In this document: one piece after another, positions 17,593-25,490 of the stretch
Numbering within the stretch: the first letter of the stretch is position 1
Layout: each line of letters opens with the position of its first letter
Source: an uncultured Planctomycetia bacterium
Lineage (GTDB): Bacteria; Omnitrophota; Gorgyraeia; CAYWPX01
DNA: 64,000 nt
NCBI GenBank assembly: GCA_964460615.1
Contig: CAYWPX010000008.1
Coordinates: forward strand, 6,849 to 70,848
Direction of reading: 5' to 3'
Notes under the pieces: model-generated
The model's input: the letters and a program-made list of their open reading frames with translations, nothing else
What the model was told of the DNA's origin: nothing
The model's database searches: none
Position numbers and translations under genes: made by a program

Positions 17593-18615
17593 CTAGAATT
17601 TAAACGCTCCTCCGACAAAAAGGGCCTTTTCACTGTCAGAAAAGAAGGTCTTTAAAAAAATCTCTCCGGACAGACCCAGAAGCTTTCTTGACAATTCTAC
17701 CCCGAGATTTGAATCTTTATCAGTCCTATTTTTAAAAGTCACGGATAGCTTCAGGTCTTTTGTAAGTTTATAATCAGCCCCTATCAATAAGGCGTTTCTT
17801 AGGCCGGATCCATATTCAACTTCAAAGAACAATCCTAATTTTTTATCGAAGACCCATTTCCCGAAAATCTTCATAGTCTGTTTCTTTGGGATAACGCCTA
17901 TCCCTATATCAAATTCCAATCTTCCGTCTGAAGCCCTCTTATCTTTCGGCAGGACTATATTAGAAACCTTGGCCTCGAACTCAAAACCCGAATCCGAAGC
18001 CCTGTCAATAACATAGGCGATCCTGTATTTGTCTATTATATCCCAAAATCCTTTAAATTTAACCTCATTTCTTATCTTTTCGCTTCTTTTAAGCGTTTTT
18101 TTGTAATAGACATAGCTGATCTCATTAAATTTATTTATCTGCCAGGCTGTATTAAATGTTAAAGTATCCTCTTTACCGCTGACTCTGGCAACATTAAACG
18201 AAAGCCTATTATGAGGATCCCGTTTCCATATCCCGGATATTTTGATCAGATAAATTTTTCCGCCTGTAATATCCTTGGTTGAAACTCCAAAAGTAATTAG
18301 AGACCCTGAAACGCTTATAATATCACCTTTTATTGCAAGCGCATTACCTTCAACCTGGTTATTCCATTTATCCAGAGTAAAAACCAGATCATGGTTATCA
18401 TTTAAAGCCCACGATCCGGAAAATTTGACCTCCTCAGGGGTGTCGATACCCTCAGACTTTTTTATATGAAAATATAAAGAGTTTTTCTCATCCGGATAAA
18501 AATATCCGTCATAAACCTGCCTGAATTTCCTGACCCCGTATCCATCAGGACTTTTTACCACTAGCCGGTTATGCGGGTCGACCTCATAAATTACTTTTTC
18601 TTTATTTTTCTTCAT
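17593..18615 (-). CDS. Hypothetical beta-rich protein with an internal DPHNRL repeat; C-terminal ...GGAFKF
   Basis: 340 aa with no signal peptide. Two copies of the DPHNRL(V/S) block. It overlaps the DUF1667 gene by 14 nt, so it is probably co-transcribed with the glycerol operon. Confidence 0.45.
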   Translation of the reverse strand: MKKNKEKVIYEVDPHNRLVVKSPDGYGVRKFRQVYDGYFYPDEKNSLYFHIKKSEGIDTPEEVKFSGSWALNDNHDLVFTLDKWNNQVEGNALAIKGDIISVSGSLITFGVSTKDITGGKIYLIKISGIWKRDPHNRLSFNVARVSGKEDTLTFNTAWQINKFNEISYVYYKKTLKRSEKIRNEVKFKGFWDIIDKYRIAYVIDRASDSGFEFEAKVSNIVLPKDKRASDGRLEFDIGIGVIPKKQTMKIFGKWVFDKKLGLFFEVEYGSGLRNALLIGADYKLTKDLKLSVTFKNRTDKDSNLGVELSRKLLGLSGEIFLKTFFSDSEKALFVGGAFKF

Positions 18616-18970
18616 TTAGACATTCTCTGGTCGCTATAAGATCAGCTCCTGTACCTAAAAAATCATTGACTATCACATCCCCTTCCTTTACCGGTGATGA
18701 AATGATCAATTTTTTTACTTCCCTCATTGCTTCAAAAATCTTCGGCTTAGGGATCGGCTTATCGGTGCGCACAGGTATCATCCTCAAAGCCAGGTTCTTT
18801 GCCAAAACAATGGAAGTGAACACTCTGGACGGATTTTCAATTTCACTGGTTGCATATTTTTCCCCTTTAGGGCAATTATTACCGCTCACTTTTATTGCGC
18901 GGCAATTTTCCACATCCACCTCTAAATTGCACCCAACCGGGCACTCTATGCAGGTAAGTTTTTTTATCAT
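18602..18970 (-). CDS. DUF1667 domain protein (small Cys-rich partner of GlpA-like oxidoreductases)
   Basis: N-terminal CIECPVGC...C cysteine cluster. It is located directly downstream of the two FAD oxidoreductases, the classic arrangement for DUF1667. Confidence 0.65.
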   Translation of the reverse strand: MIKKLTCIECPVGCNLEVDVENCRAIKVSGNNCPKGEKYATSEIENPSRVFTSIVLAKNLALRMIPVRTDKPIPKPKIFEAMREVKKLIISSPVKEGDVIVNDFLGTGADLIATRECLNEEK

Positions 18971-19019
18971 TTTTGTGTTTCTATCTTTTTTTATTTTTCG
19001 TCTCTCGTCCTTCGCACAT

Positions 19020-19050
19020 CTACTATGAGCTAAGAACTATGAGCTATGAG
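19020..19050 (-). repeat. Three-frame-stop motif cluster (minus-strand sense GCTCATAGTTCTTAGCTCATAG). Further copies are at 3836..3866 and 28056..28086.
   Basis: Plus strand: CTATGAGCTAAGAACTATGAGCTATGAGC. Near-identical units occur at all three loci, always in the same orientation and always immediately 3' of a minus-strand stop codon. Confidence 0.75.
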
Positions 19051-20018
19051 CTTTTTATGTACTCCGCCGCCATTCTCCCGGCGGCAATACTATCTTTGGT
19101 AACAGAATCTACAACATCGTAAACCTTGAAACAATTCCCCGAGGTAAAAATCCCGGGGATCGATGTCCCGTTAAGAATATGCGATACCGGGGAATTTGTG
19201 ATTTTATTTATTAGGGCGCCTGCCATCTCAATAAGCTCATTTTCAGGTATTAATCCCACTGAAACCAGGACCGTATCGCAATTTATCCGGAAACTTGAGT
19301 TTGGTATCTCTTTGCCGGATTCATCAAGTTTAACAATCTCAACTTCGCTGACCCTATCTTCTCCGAAAATCCTTGATATTTTATGATTTAAATACATGGG
19401 TATCTCAAAATCTTCGATGCACTGGACAACATTCCTAAGAAGCCCGCTTGGCTTAGGCCGTATCTCGACAACCGCCTTAACGTCCGCCCCTTCCAGCTTA
19501 AACCGCCTGGCCATAATTAATCCTATATCCCCTGAACCGACTATGACTACGGATTTTCCGGGTATAAGGCCTTCGATATTTATAAGTTTCTGAGCGAGGC
19601 CGGCTGAAAATATTCCCGATGGCCTGGTGCCGGGAATATGCGCCATCTCCCTGGTTCTTTCCCTGCAACCCGTTGCCATAATTACAGCCTTTGCCTTCAC
19701 CTCTTTTAACTCACCCGGCTTCAAAAATGTCACGATTTTATTTTTGGTCAGCTTTATAACAAAAGATCTAAGGCTTACCTCGATCTGAGGAATGCTTTTA
19801 ATTTTTTTAATAAACCTATCGGCGTATTCGGGGCCCGTCAGCACCTCCTTAAAAAACCCTAAGCCAAATCCGGTGTGTATACACTGGTTAAGGATGCCTC
19901 CGAGATATTGGTCTCTTTCTAAAAGCAATATATGTTCTATGCCATTTTCATAGGCTGATATCGCCGCCGCCATTCCAGCAGGCCCTCCGCCAACCACTAC
20001 AAGATCTTTTTTAAGCAT
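19044..20018 (-). CDS. NAD(P)/FAD-dependent oxidoreductase (pyridine nucleotide-disulfide family), partner of GlpA-like dehydrogenase
   Basis: VVVGGGPAGMAAA and VVIVGSGDIGL dinucleotide-binding motifs. Confidence 0.8.
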   Translation of the reverse strand: MLKKDLVVVGGGPAGMAAAISAYENGIEHILLLERDQYLGGILNQCIHTGFGLGFFKEVLTGPEYADRFIKKIKSIPQIEVSLRSFVIKLTKNKIVTFLKPGELKEVKAKAVIMATGCRERTREMAHIPGTRPSGIFSAGLAQKLINIEGLIPGKSVVIVGSGDIGLIMARRFKLEGADVKAVVEIRPKPSGLLRNVVQCIEDFEIPMYLNHKISRIFGEDRVSEVEIVKLDESGKEIPNSSFRINCDTVLVSVGLIPENELIEMAGALINKITNSPVSHILNGTSIPGIFTSGNCFKVYDVVDSVTKDSIAAGRMAAEYIKSS

Positions 20019-21444
20019 TACCTCTGTCCTCTTTGACTATTTCGGAACCTTCTCCCCTCTTAGTGATATTCAACGGCAAAACATCCTTCTCTTCTTTCAG
20101 TATCTTCATTATCCTTGTCGTACAAAAACTGCCGTGGCATCTGCCGCTCTGAGCGCGGGTCCTGAATTTGATACCATCCATTGTTACTGCGCCTTTTTTT
20201 ATAGCATCTTTTATCTCTCTAGCGGAGACAAGCTCGCACCTGCAGACCACATCGCCGTAAGCCGGATCGTGCTTTATAAGTTTTTTTGTATTTTTTAAAG
20301 GTATGTTAAAAAGATGAATATCTTTTACCCTTTTTTTCTTAAAATTAAATTTCTTATCCAATTTTAGTCCTATGGATCTCAGGATATTTTTTACATATAT
20401 TGCAATGGCAGGAGCGGCTGTCAGCCCCGGCGATTGGATACCGGCAACATTTATGAATCCGGACGATTTATCTTCGTGCCTGATTATAAAATCATCTCCT
20501 GATACAGGCCTCAGTCCTGCAAAATACGCTATGATATCGGATTCATCTACCGACGGGACAAGGCGCCTGACCCCCTCCAAAACCTTATTAAGGCCCTCTC
20601 TAGTCGTTGTCAGGTCTCTTTTGGAGCCGACATCCTCGGCAGTGGGGCCGATCATTGGATTGCCGTCGGAAGTTTTTATCATCAATACCCCTTTTGAAGT
20701 TTTTGTAGGAAGGGGAAATATCAGATGTTTGGTTATATATTCCTTTTTTTTATCCAGTATGAACTCTTCGCCTTTTCTGGGCGTTATGGTAAAATCATCC
20801 ACTCCGACCATCCTCGAGACTTCATCAGCAAAAAGCCCGGATGCATTTACAAGAAACCTGGAGGTAAACTGCCCTTTGGATGAATGTATCTCAAAATTCA
20901 CCCCGGTTTTAACGATCTTCTCGACCTTTGTAAGAGTGAATACTTCGACGCCATTTTGTATTGCATTCTCACTCATATCATAAACCCATCTGTAGGGGCT
21001 TATGATGCCTGCTGTGGGGGCATACAAGGCCGCGGTAATATTTTTATTCAAATTTGGCTCGTGTCTGGATATCCAGGGTTTATCCACTATCTTTAACCCC
21101 GGAACTTTAAGTTTTTGGCCGTTCTTTTTTATCTCTAAAAGCTTCCTGATATCCTCATCGTTAAAGGCCACTATAAGCTCGCCCACTTCTCTATATTCCA
21201 CGCCAAGTTCCCTGGACAAAATTTTTGTGAGCCTGTTCCCTTCAACGCATAATTTTGATTTTAAAAGAGCGGGGTCATTCTGGGTCCCGGGATGAATAAT
21301 ACCGCTGTTGGATTTGGATACGCCGAAAGCCAACTCAATTTCTTTTTCCAGGACCGCAAGGTTGAGTTTGTATTTTGATAACTCCCTGGCGATAGAGATC
21401 CCGACAACACCGCCGCCGATAATTATACAATCATAAATTTTCAT
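20011..21444 (-). CDS. glpA: FAD-dependent glycerol-3-phosphate dehydrogenase-like oxidoreductase with a C-terminal BFD-like [2Fe-2S] domain
   Basis: N-terminal DCIIIGGGVVG FAD motif. The C-terminus CRCELVSAREI...CHGSFC is a BFD-like domain. It lies next to glpK. Confidence 0.8.
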   Translation of the reverse strand: MKIYDCIIIGGGVVGISIARELSKYKLNLAVLEKEIELAFGVSKSNSGIIHPGTQNDPALLKSKLCVEGNRLTKILSRELGVEYREVGELIVAFNDEDIRKLLEIKKNGQKLKVPGLKIVDKPWISRHEPNLNKNITAALYAPTAGIISPYRWVYDMSENAIQNGVEVFTLTKVEKIVKTGVNFEIHSSKGQFTSRFLVNASGLFADEVSRMVGVDDFTITPRKGEEFILDKKKEYITKHLIFPLPTKTSKGVLMIKTSDGNPMIGPTAEDVGSKRDLTTTREGLNKVLEGVRRLVPSVDESDIIAYFAGLRPVSGDDFIIRHEDKSSGFINVAGIQSPGLTAAPAIAIYVKNILRSIGLKLDKKFNFKKKRVKDIHLFNIPLKNTKKLIKHDPAYGDVVCRCELVSAREIKDAIKKGAVTMDGIKFRTRAQSGRCHGSFCTTRIMKILKEEKDVLPLNITKRGEGSEIVKEDRGNA

Positions 21445-21450
21445 ATAATT

Positions 21451-22941
21451 TTAATGATTTTTTTCTGTTAACACTTTTTTAACGGCATTCTTCCAGCCGC
21501 TATAATACTCTTTTGATAATAGATTACTCATCTTCGGATAAAATATTTTATCAACTTGCCGGAATTTTTTGATATGTGCCGTACTCTTCCAAAATTTCAC
21601 TCCCAACCCCGCTAAATATGCCGCACCCAAAGAAGTTGTCTCGATTATTTTCGGCCTCGTGATCTTAATTCTCAAAATATCTGACTGAAACTGGCATAAA
21701 AAATTGTTACTTACCGCTCCGCCGTCTACTTTAAGATTTTTTATAGAAAGTTTTGAGTCTTTTTTCATTGCCTCAATAACATCGCGCGTTTGGTAACACA
21801 TGGCCTCAAGCGCGGCTCTCGCAAAATGCGCCACGGTTGTCCCTCTTGTTATCCCGAATATCCCTCCCCGGGCAAATGGGTCCCAGTACGGCGCCCCAAG
21901 GCCTACCAATGCCGGAACGAAATATACCCCTTCATTACTTTTAAGAGATAAGGCAAGATCTTCGGAATCAGATGCCTTTTTGATCATTTTAAGCCCGTCC
22001 CTAAGCCACTGGATCGCCGATCCGGCCACAAAAATGGACCCTTCAAGAGCATAGACCGGTTCGCCGTTTTTGCCGCACCCAAGCGTAGCAATAAGCCCGT
22101 AATCTGATGCAACGCGCTTTGATCCGGTATTGAGCAATATGAAGCTGCCGGTGCCGTAAGTATTTTTCATATCGCCTTTTTCAAAACATCCCTGCCCGAA
22201 AAGAGCAGCCTGCTGATCCCCGGCAATGCCGGAAATAGGGACCCCTTCCTGAAGGTTCCCGATTTTGATAGTTTTCCCGAAAACTCCCGAAGATTTCTTG
22301 ACGTCAGGAAGGATGGGCCTGGGAATATTAAAGACCTTTAGAATTTTGTCATCCCATTTTTTTGTGTCAATATTAAAAAGCATGGTCCTTGAAGCATTAG
22401 TATAATCGGTAGCATGCACCTTGCCTCCGGTAAGCTTCCACAATATCCAGGTATCGGTAGTTCCGAAAAGCAGTTTTCCTTTTTTTGCTTTATCTAAAGC
22501 CCCGGGAACATTTTTTAACACCCATTCTATCTTTGTACTTGAAAAATAAGCGTCGATTGGGAGCCCGGTTCTTTTTCTTATCAAACCGGCTAATCCGTTC
22601 TTCCTTTTAAGCTGTTGGCATCTTGAGGCGGTTCTCCTGCATTGCCATACGATTGCATTATATACAGGCTTACCTGTGATCTTATCCCAGATAACCGTGG
22701 TCTCTCTTTGATTGGTAATCCCTATGGCGGATATTCGATAACTCCCTAAACCTTTTAAAACTTTCTGGATAGAATTATCGACGCTTCTCCAGATCTCCTC
22801 GGGATCATGTTCAACCCAGCCGGGTTTCGGGAAATACTGTTTAAACTCCTCATAAGCCGCTTTGACCTTTCGACCCTTTATATCATAAAGCACTGCACGG
22901 CTGCCCGTAGTCCCCTGGTCAATGGATAAAATATATTTCAT
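21451..22941 (-). CDS. glpK: Glycerol kinase
   Basis: The N-terminus ILSIDQGTTGSRAVLYD plus FGGY-family motifs throughout. Size is 496 aa. Confidence 0.9.
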   Translation of the reverse strand: MKYILSIDQGTTGSRAVLYDIKGRKVKAAYEEFKQYFPKPGWVEHDPEEIWRSVDNSIQKVLKGLGSYRISAIGITNQRETTVIWDKITGKPVYNAIVWQCRRTASRCQQLKRKNGLAGLIRKRTGLPIDAYFSSTKIEWVLKNVPGALDKAKKGKLLFGTTDTWILWKLTGGKVHATDYTNASRTMLFNIDTKKWDDKILKVFNIPRPILPDVKKSSGVFGKTIKIGNLQEGVPISGIAGDQQAALFGQGCFEKGDMKNTYGTGSFILLNTGSKRVASDYGLIATLGCGKNGEPVYALEGSIFVAGSAIQWLRDGLKMIKKASDSEDLALSLKSNEGVYFVPALVGLGAPYWDPFARGGIFGITRGTTVAHFARAALEAMCYQTRDVIEAMKKDSKLSIKNLKVDGGAVSNNFLCQFQSDILRIKITRPKIIETTSLGAAYLAGLGVKFWKSTAHIKKFRQVDKIFYPKMSNLLSKEYYSGWKNAVKKVLTEKNH

Positions 22942-22951
22942 AAAAACTCCA

Positions 22952-23782
22952 TTACTGTATTATTCTTTGTTTGATCCATTCAAACATATCTCTAAACACC
23001 TTGTCTCTGTCTCTATCTACCGATAAAGAATGGTACATATCAGGATATTCAATAAGCACTTTATCTTTAACAAGTAATTTGTTAAAAAATTTCTTTGAAA
23101 CCCCCGCATCCATGATCTTATCGCTCCCTGCCAAAAATACAGCCAAAGGAAGGTTTATAGGTATAATTTTTTTATAAACTCTTAATAAAATCTGTGCTAC
23201 GGCCGTCTCAAACAATAGCCTGGCGGAAGCTACCCGGTGTTCACCCTTATCGCATTCCATATATTTCTGGTATTCTATGTCCCGAGAACACATGTCCGAT
23301 TTAAAAGGCATGGTTATCTGTTTTTTTGGCAGAATAAGCGACAGCACGAATATTTTTATATAATCAAAAATTGAAAATTTTAATTTATTCTTTAAAGCAG
23401 GCGAAAGGAGAATAAGCCCGTCCGGCAGATTTGCCTCAATATTAGTAAATAAAGTTGCTATGAGCGCCCCGGCGCTTTCGCCTATAAGGAAAATTTTTTT
23501 ATCCGGATTTCCGCTCCTGGCGATCTCAAAAAGCCTTTTAATATCCTCTAAGTAAATATCAAACGAATCTATGTGGCCCTTAAGACCTTCTGTAAAACCA
23601 AAACCTTTAAGCTCAATGGCAAAACTCGATATGCCTTCTTTCAGAAAAAAATCCGCCAAAAAGCCCCACCTTCCGCTATGCGCCCCATATCCATGCACCA
23701 GGATCAGAATTGCTTTTTGGCCAGGGGCGATCCATGATCTGTAGAGTATGCCCGATTCAGTATCGGTAATTAATGACTGCAT
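22952..23782 (-). CDS. Alpha/beta hydrolase (lysophospholipase/monoacylglycerol-lipase-like)
   Basis: HGYGAHSGRW oxyanion region and GESAG nucleophile elbow. Confidence 0.7.
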   Translation of the reverse strand: MQSLITDTESGILYRSWIAPGQKAILILVHGYGAHSGRWGFLADFFLKEGISSFAIELKGFGFTEGLKGHIDSFDIYLEDIKRLFEIARSGNPDKKIFLIGESAGALIATLFTNIEANLPDGLILLSPALKNKLKFSIFDYIKIFVLSLILPKKQITMPFKSDMCSRDIEYQKYMECDKGEHRVASARLLFETAVAQILLRVYKKIIPINLPLAVFLAGSDKIMDAGVSKKFFNKLLVKDKVLIEYPDMYHSLSVDRDRDKVFRDMFEWIKQRIIQ

Positions 23783-23820
23783 AGGTTTTTCTTTCCAGAA
23801 AATAATGATCCGACCGGCTT

Positions 23821-23855
23821 AAATAACCGAAAAGCCTGGAAAATATTTTCCAGGC
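23821..23855 (-). terminator. Intrinsic terminator after the PEBP gene
   Basis: GCCTGGAAAATATTTTCCAGGC is a perfect 9-bp stem. On the minus strand it is followed by TTTTCGGTTATTT. Confidence 0.55.
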
Positions 23856-23911
23856 TCTGAGACAAAAAATAGACGGAGTTTTTCTGATAAATTTATCATT
23901 CTTCAATTAAG

Positions 23912-24436
23912 TTATTTCCTTTTATATAGCCCCACAAGCTCTGCCTCGCCGAGTATATGCCCGCCCATGGCCTTCAAAAGTTCGGACTTTTTCATCCCGG
24001 GCCTCATATTCAGCATTCTGTCAACAGCATAAACCTTAAAAAAATACCTATGGGTTCCAGAAGGAGGGCACGGCCCGCCATAAGAATTCCTTCTAAAATC
24101 ATTAAATCCCTCCGTGCCCGGAACGCTGTTCTCTAGAATTTTAGAAGTAACAGGTATATCATAAAGAACCCAATGGATCCACGTACCCATCGGCGCATCA
24201 GGGTCCTCAACAATAATGGCAAGGCTTTTTGTACCGTTCGGCAGGCCTTCAATTAAAAGCGTCGGGTTGATGTCATCCCCGTCACAGGTAAATCTGGAAG
24301 GCAGTACACCGTTATTCTCAAAATCAGGAGAACTGATTTTCATTGCAACACCCCCTGTGTTCAAATCATTCGCCTTAGCAAAATCAATAGCCAAGAAAAA
24401 AAATAAGATCGTTAAATTAATAATTAGTTTTGTCAT
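23912..24436 (-). CDS. YbhB/YbcL family Raf-kinase-inhibitor-like (PEBP) protein, secreted
   Basis: Signal peptide is present. Motifs DPDAP and GPCPPSGTHRYFFKVYA are typical of bacterial PEBP. Confidence 0.8.
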   Translation of the reverse strand: MTKLIINLTILFFFLAIDFAKANDLNTGGVAMKISSPDFENNGVLPSRFTCDGDDINPTLLIEGLPNGTKSLAIIVEDPDAPMGTWIHWVLYDIPVTSKILENSVPGTEGFNDFRRNSYGGPCPPSGTHRYFFKVYAVDRMLNMRPGMKKSELLKAMGGHILGEAELVGLYKRK

Positions 24437-24468
24437 CTTAAGCTCATCATCAAACTGCGAAATAAGAA

Positions 24469-24879
24469 CTAAAAAAACATTTTTTTCTTTTTTTTGTAAG
24501 GGGCCTTCTCGCCAGTAACCGTTTCTAACTCTTTAAGCTTCAGGGATAATTTCTTGTGCAGCTCCTGGTTCTTGATAAATAGCGATTTCACTTCATTGAT
24601 ATCGTGTTTCTTTAAAGCCCTGGTTCTAGACTTATCGAGCTCGCTGATCTCTTTTTCTATTTGTTCTATTTCTTTTTTGATATCATCCTGCGATCTCAGA
24701 GGCCCATTTACATTTTTTGGGTGGCCCTTTTCATCTTGAGCAAAAGCCTCATTGGAGGCGGCGTCTTTAGGACGGTTTTCCTGACAAAATCCGCATTCTA
24801 AAAAAAGGCTTAGAACAAAAATAAAAAGAATAAATATCTTCATAATATTTTTCATACCCCTGTCCCTTTGATAAATCAT
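24469..24879 (-). CDS. Secreted coiled-coil protein, paralog of the adjacent gene (possible Spy/CpxP-like periplasmic stress protein)
   Basis: Signal peptide is present. It shares the block E.EL.....K......HDI......(I/N)Q(D/E)LHKKL...(R/K)EL with 24881..25282. Confidence 0.45.
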   Translation of the reverse strand: MIYQRDRGMKNIMKIFILFIFVLSLFLECGFCQENRPKDAASNEAFAQDEKGHPKNVNGPLRSQDDIKKEIEQIEKEISELDKSRTRALKKHDINEVKSLFIKNQELHKKLSLKLKELETVTGEKAPYKKKKKMFF

Positions 24880-24880
24880 A

Positions 24881-25282
24881 CTATTCGGTTGTTACCTGCG
24901 ATGCTTCCTGGCTTGTTTTATCCATAAGCTCTTTACGCCTTTCAAATAGCTTTTTATGCAAGTCCTGAATTTTTGGTGTCAGGGCCTGGGCACCGTCTAT
25001 ATCGTGATTTCTCATAAGTTCTCTATGCTGTTTCTGCAATGTTTCTAACTCCTCTTCGGTTTTTCTGATATCTTCCTGGATATCCACTGCTGTCTCAGGC
25101 TGTGCTTCGATACCTTGCTCCGAAACCGTTTCTTCCGGAGAAGAAGCTTGATTTTCACCGCCGGTGACGATCTCTGTCCCGGGAATTTGAGCATCAGGCG
25201 CTTGTGTATCCTCGGCAAAAGAAAATGCAGATAAAATTATACTAAAAACCACTGAAACCAATAGAACTAATATTTTTTTCAT
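24881..25282 (-). CDS. Secreted acidic coiled-coil protein, paralog of 24469..24879
   Basis: Signal peptide, an acidic N-terminal half, and the conserved C-terminal block HDIDGAQALTPKIQDLHKKLFERRKEL. A strong SD (AGGAGG) lies upstream. Confidence 0.45.
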   Translation of the reverse strand: MKKILVLLVSVVFSIILSAFSFAEDTQAPDAQIPGTEIVTGGENQASSPEETVSEQGIEAQPETAVDIQEDIRKTEEELETLQKQHRELMRNHDIDGAQALTPKIQDLHKKLFERRKELMDKTSQEASQVTTE

Positions 25283-25303
25283 TTTTCCTCCTAAATTTTT
25301 GGA

Positions 25304-25442
25304 AAAAATTTGTTCTAAGCCACATTGGCTGAGAGCGAATTTTGCTTTTTAAAATTCGTCCCGAGTCCGCCATAGGCGAGACGAGGGGCTATTTTAAAAA
25401 TTTGTTCTAAGCCACATTGGCTGAGAGCGAATTTTGCTTTTT
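25304..25442. repeat. Perfect 47-bp direct repeat (two copies, 92-bp period) in the intergenic region between the DUF2207 gene and the secreted paralog pair
   Basis: AAAAATTTGTTCTAAGCCACATTGGCTGAGAGCGAATTTTGCTTTTT occurs at 25304-25350 and 25396-25442. Each copy contains the small palindrome AGCCACATTGGCT. Confidence 0.8.
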
Positions 25443-25490
25443 GAAATTTCCTGAATAAAATTTATAAACTCTAATTCAAAATCTTTACAG

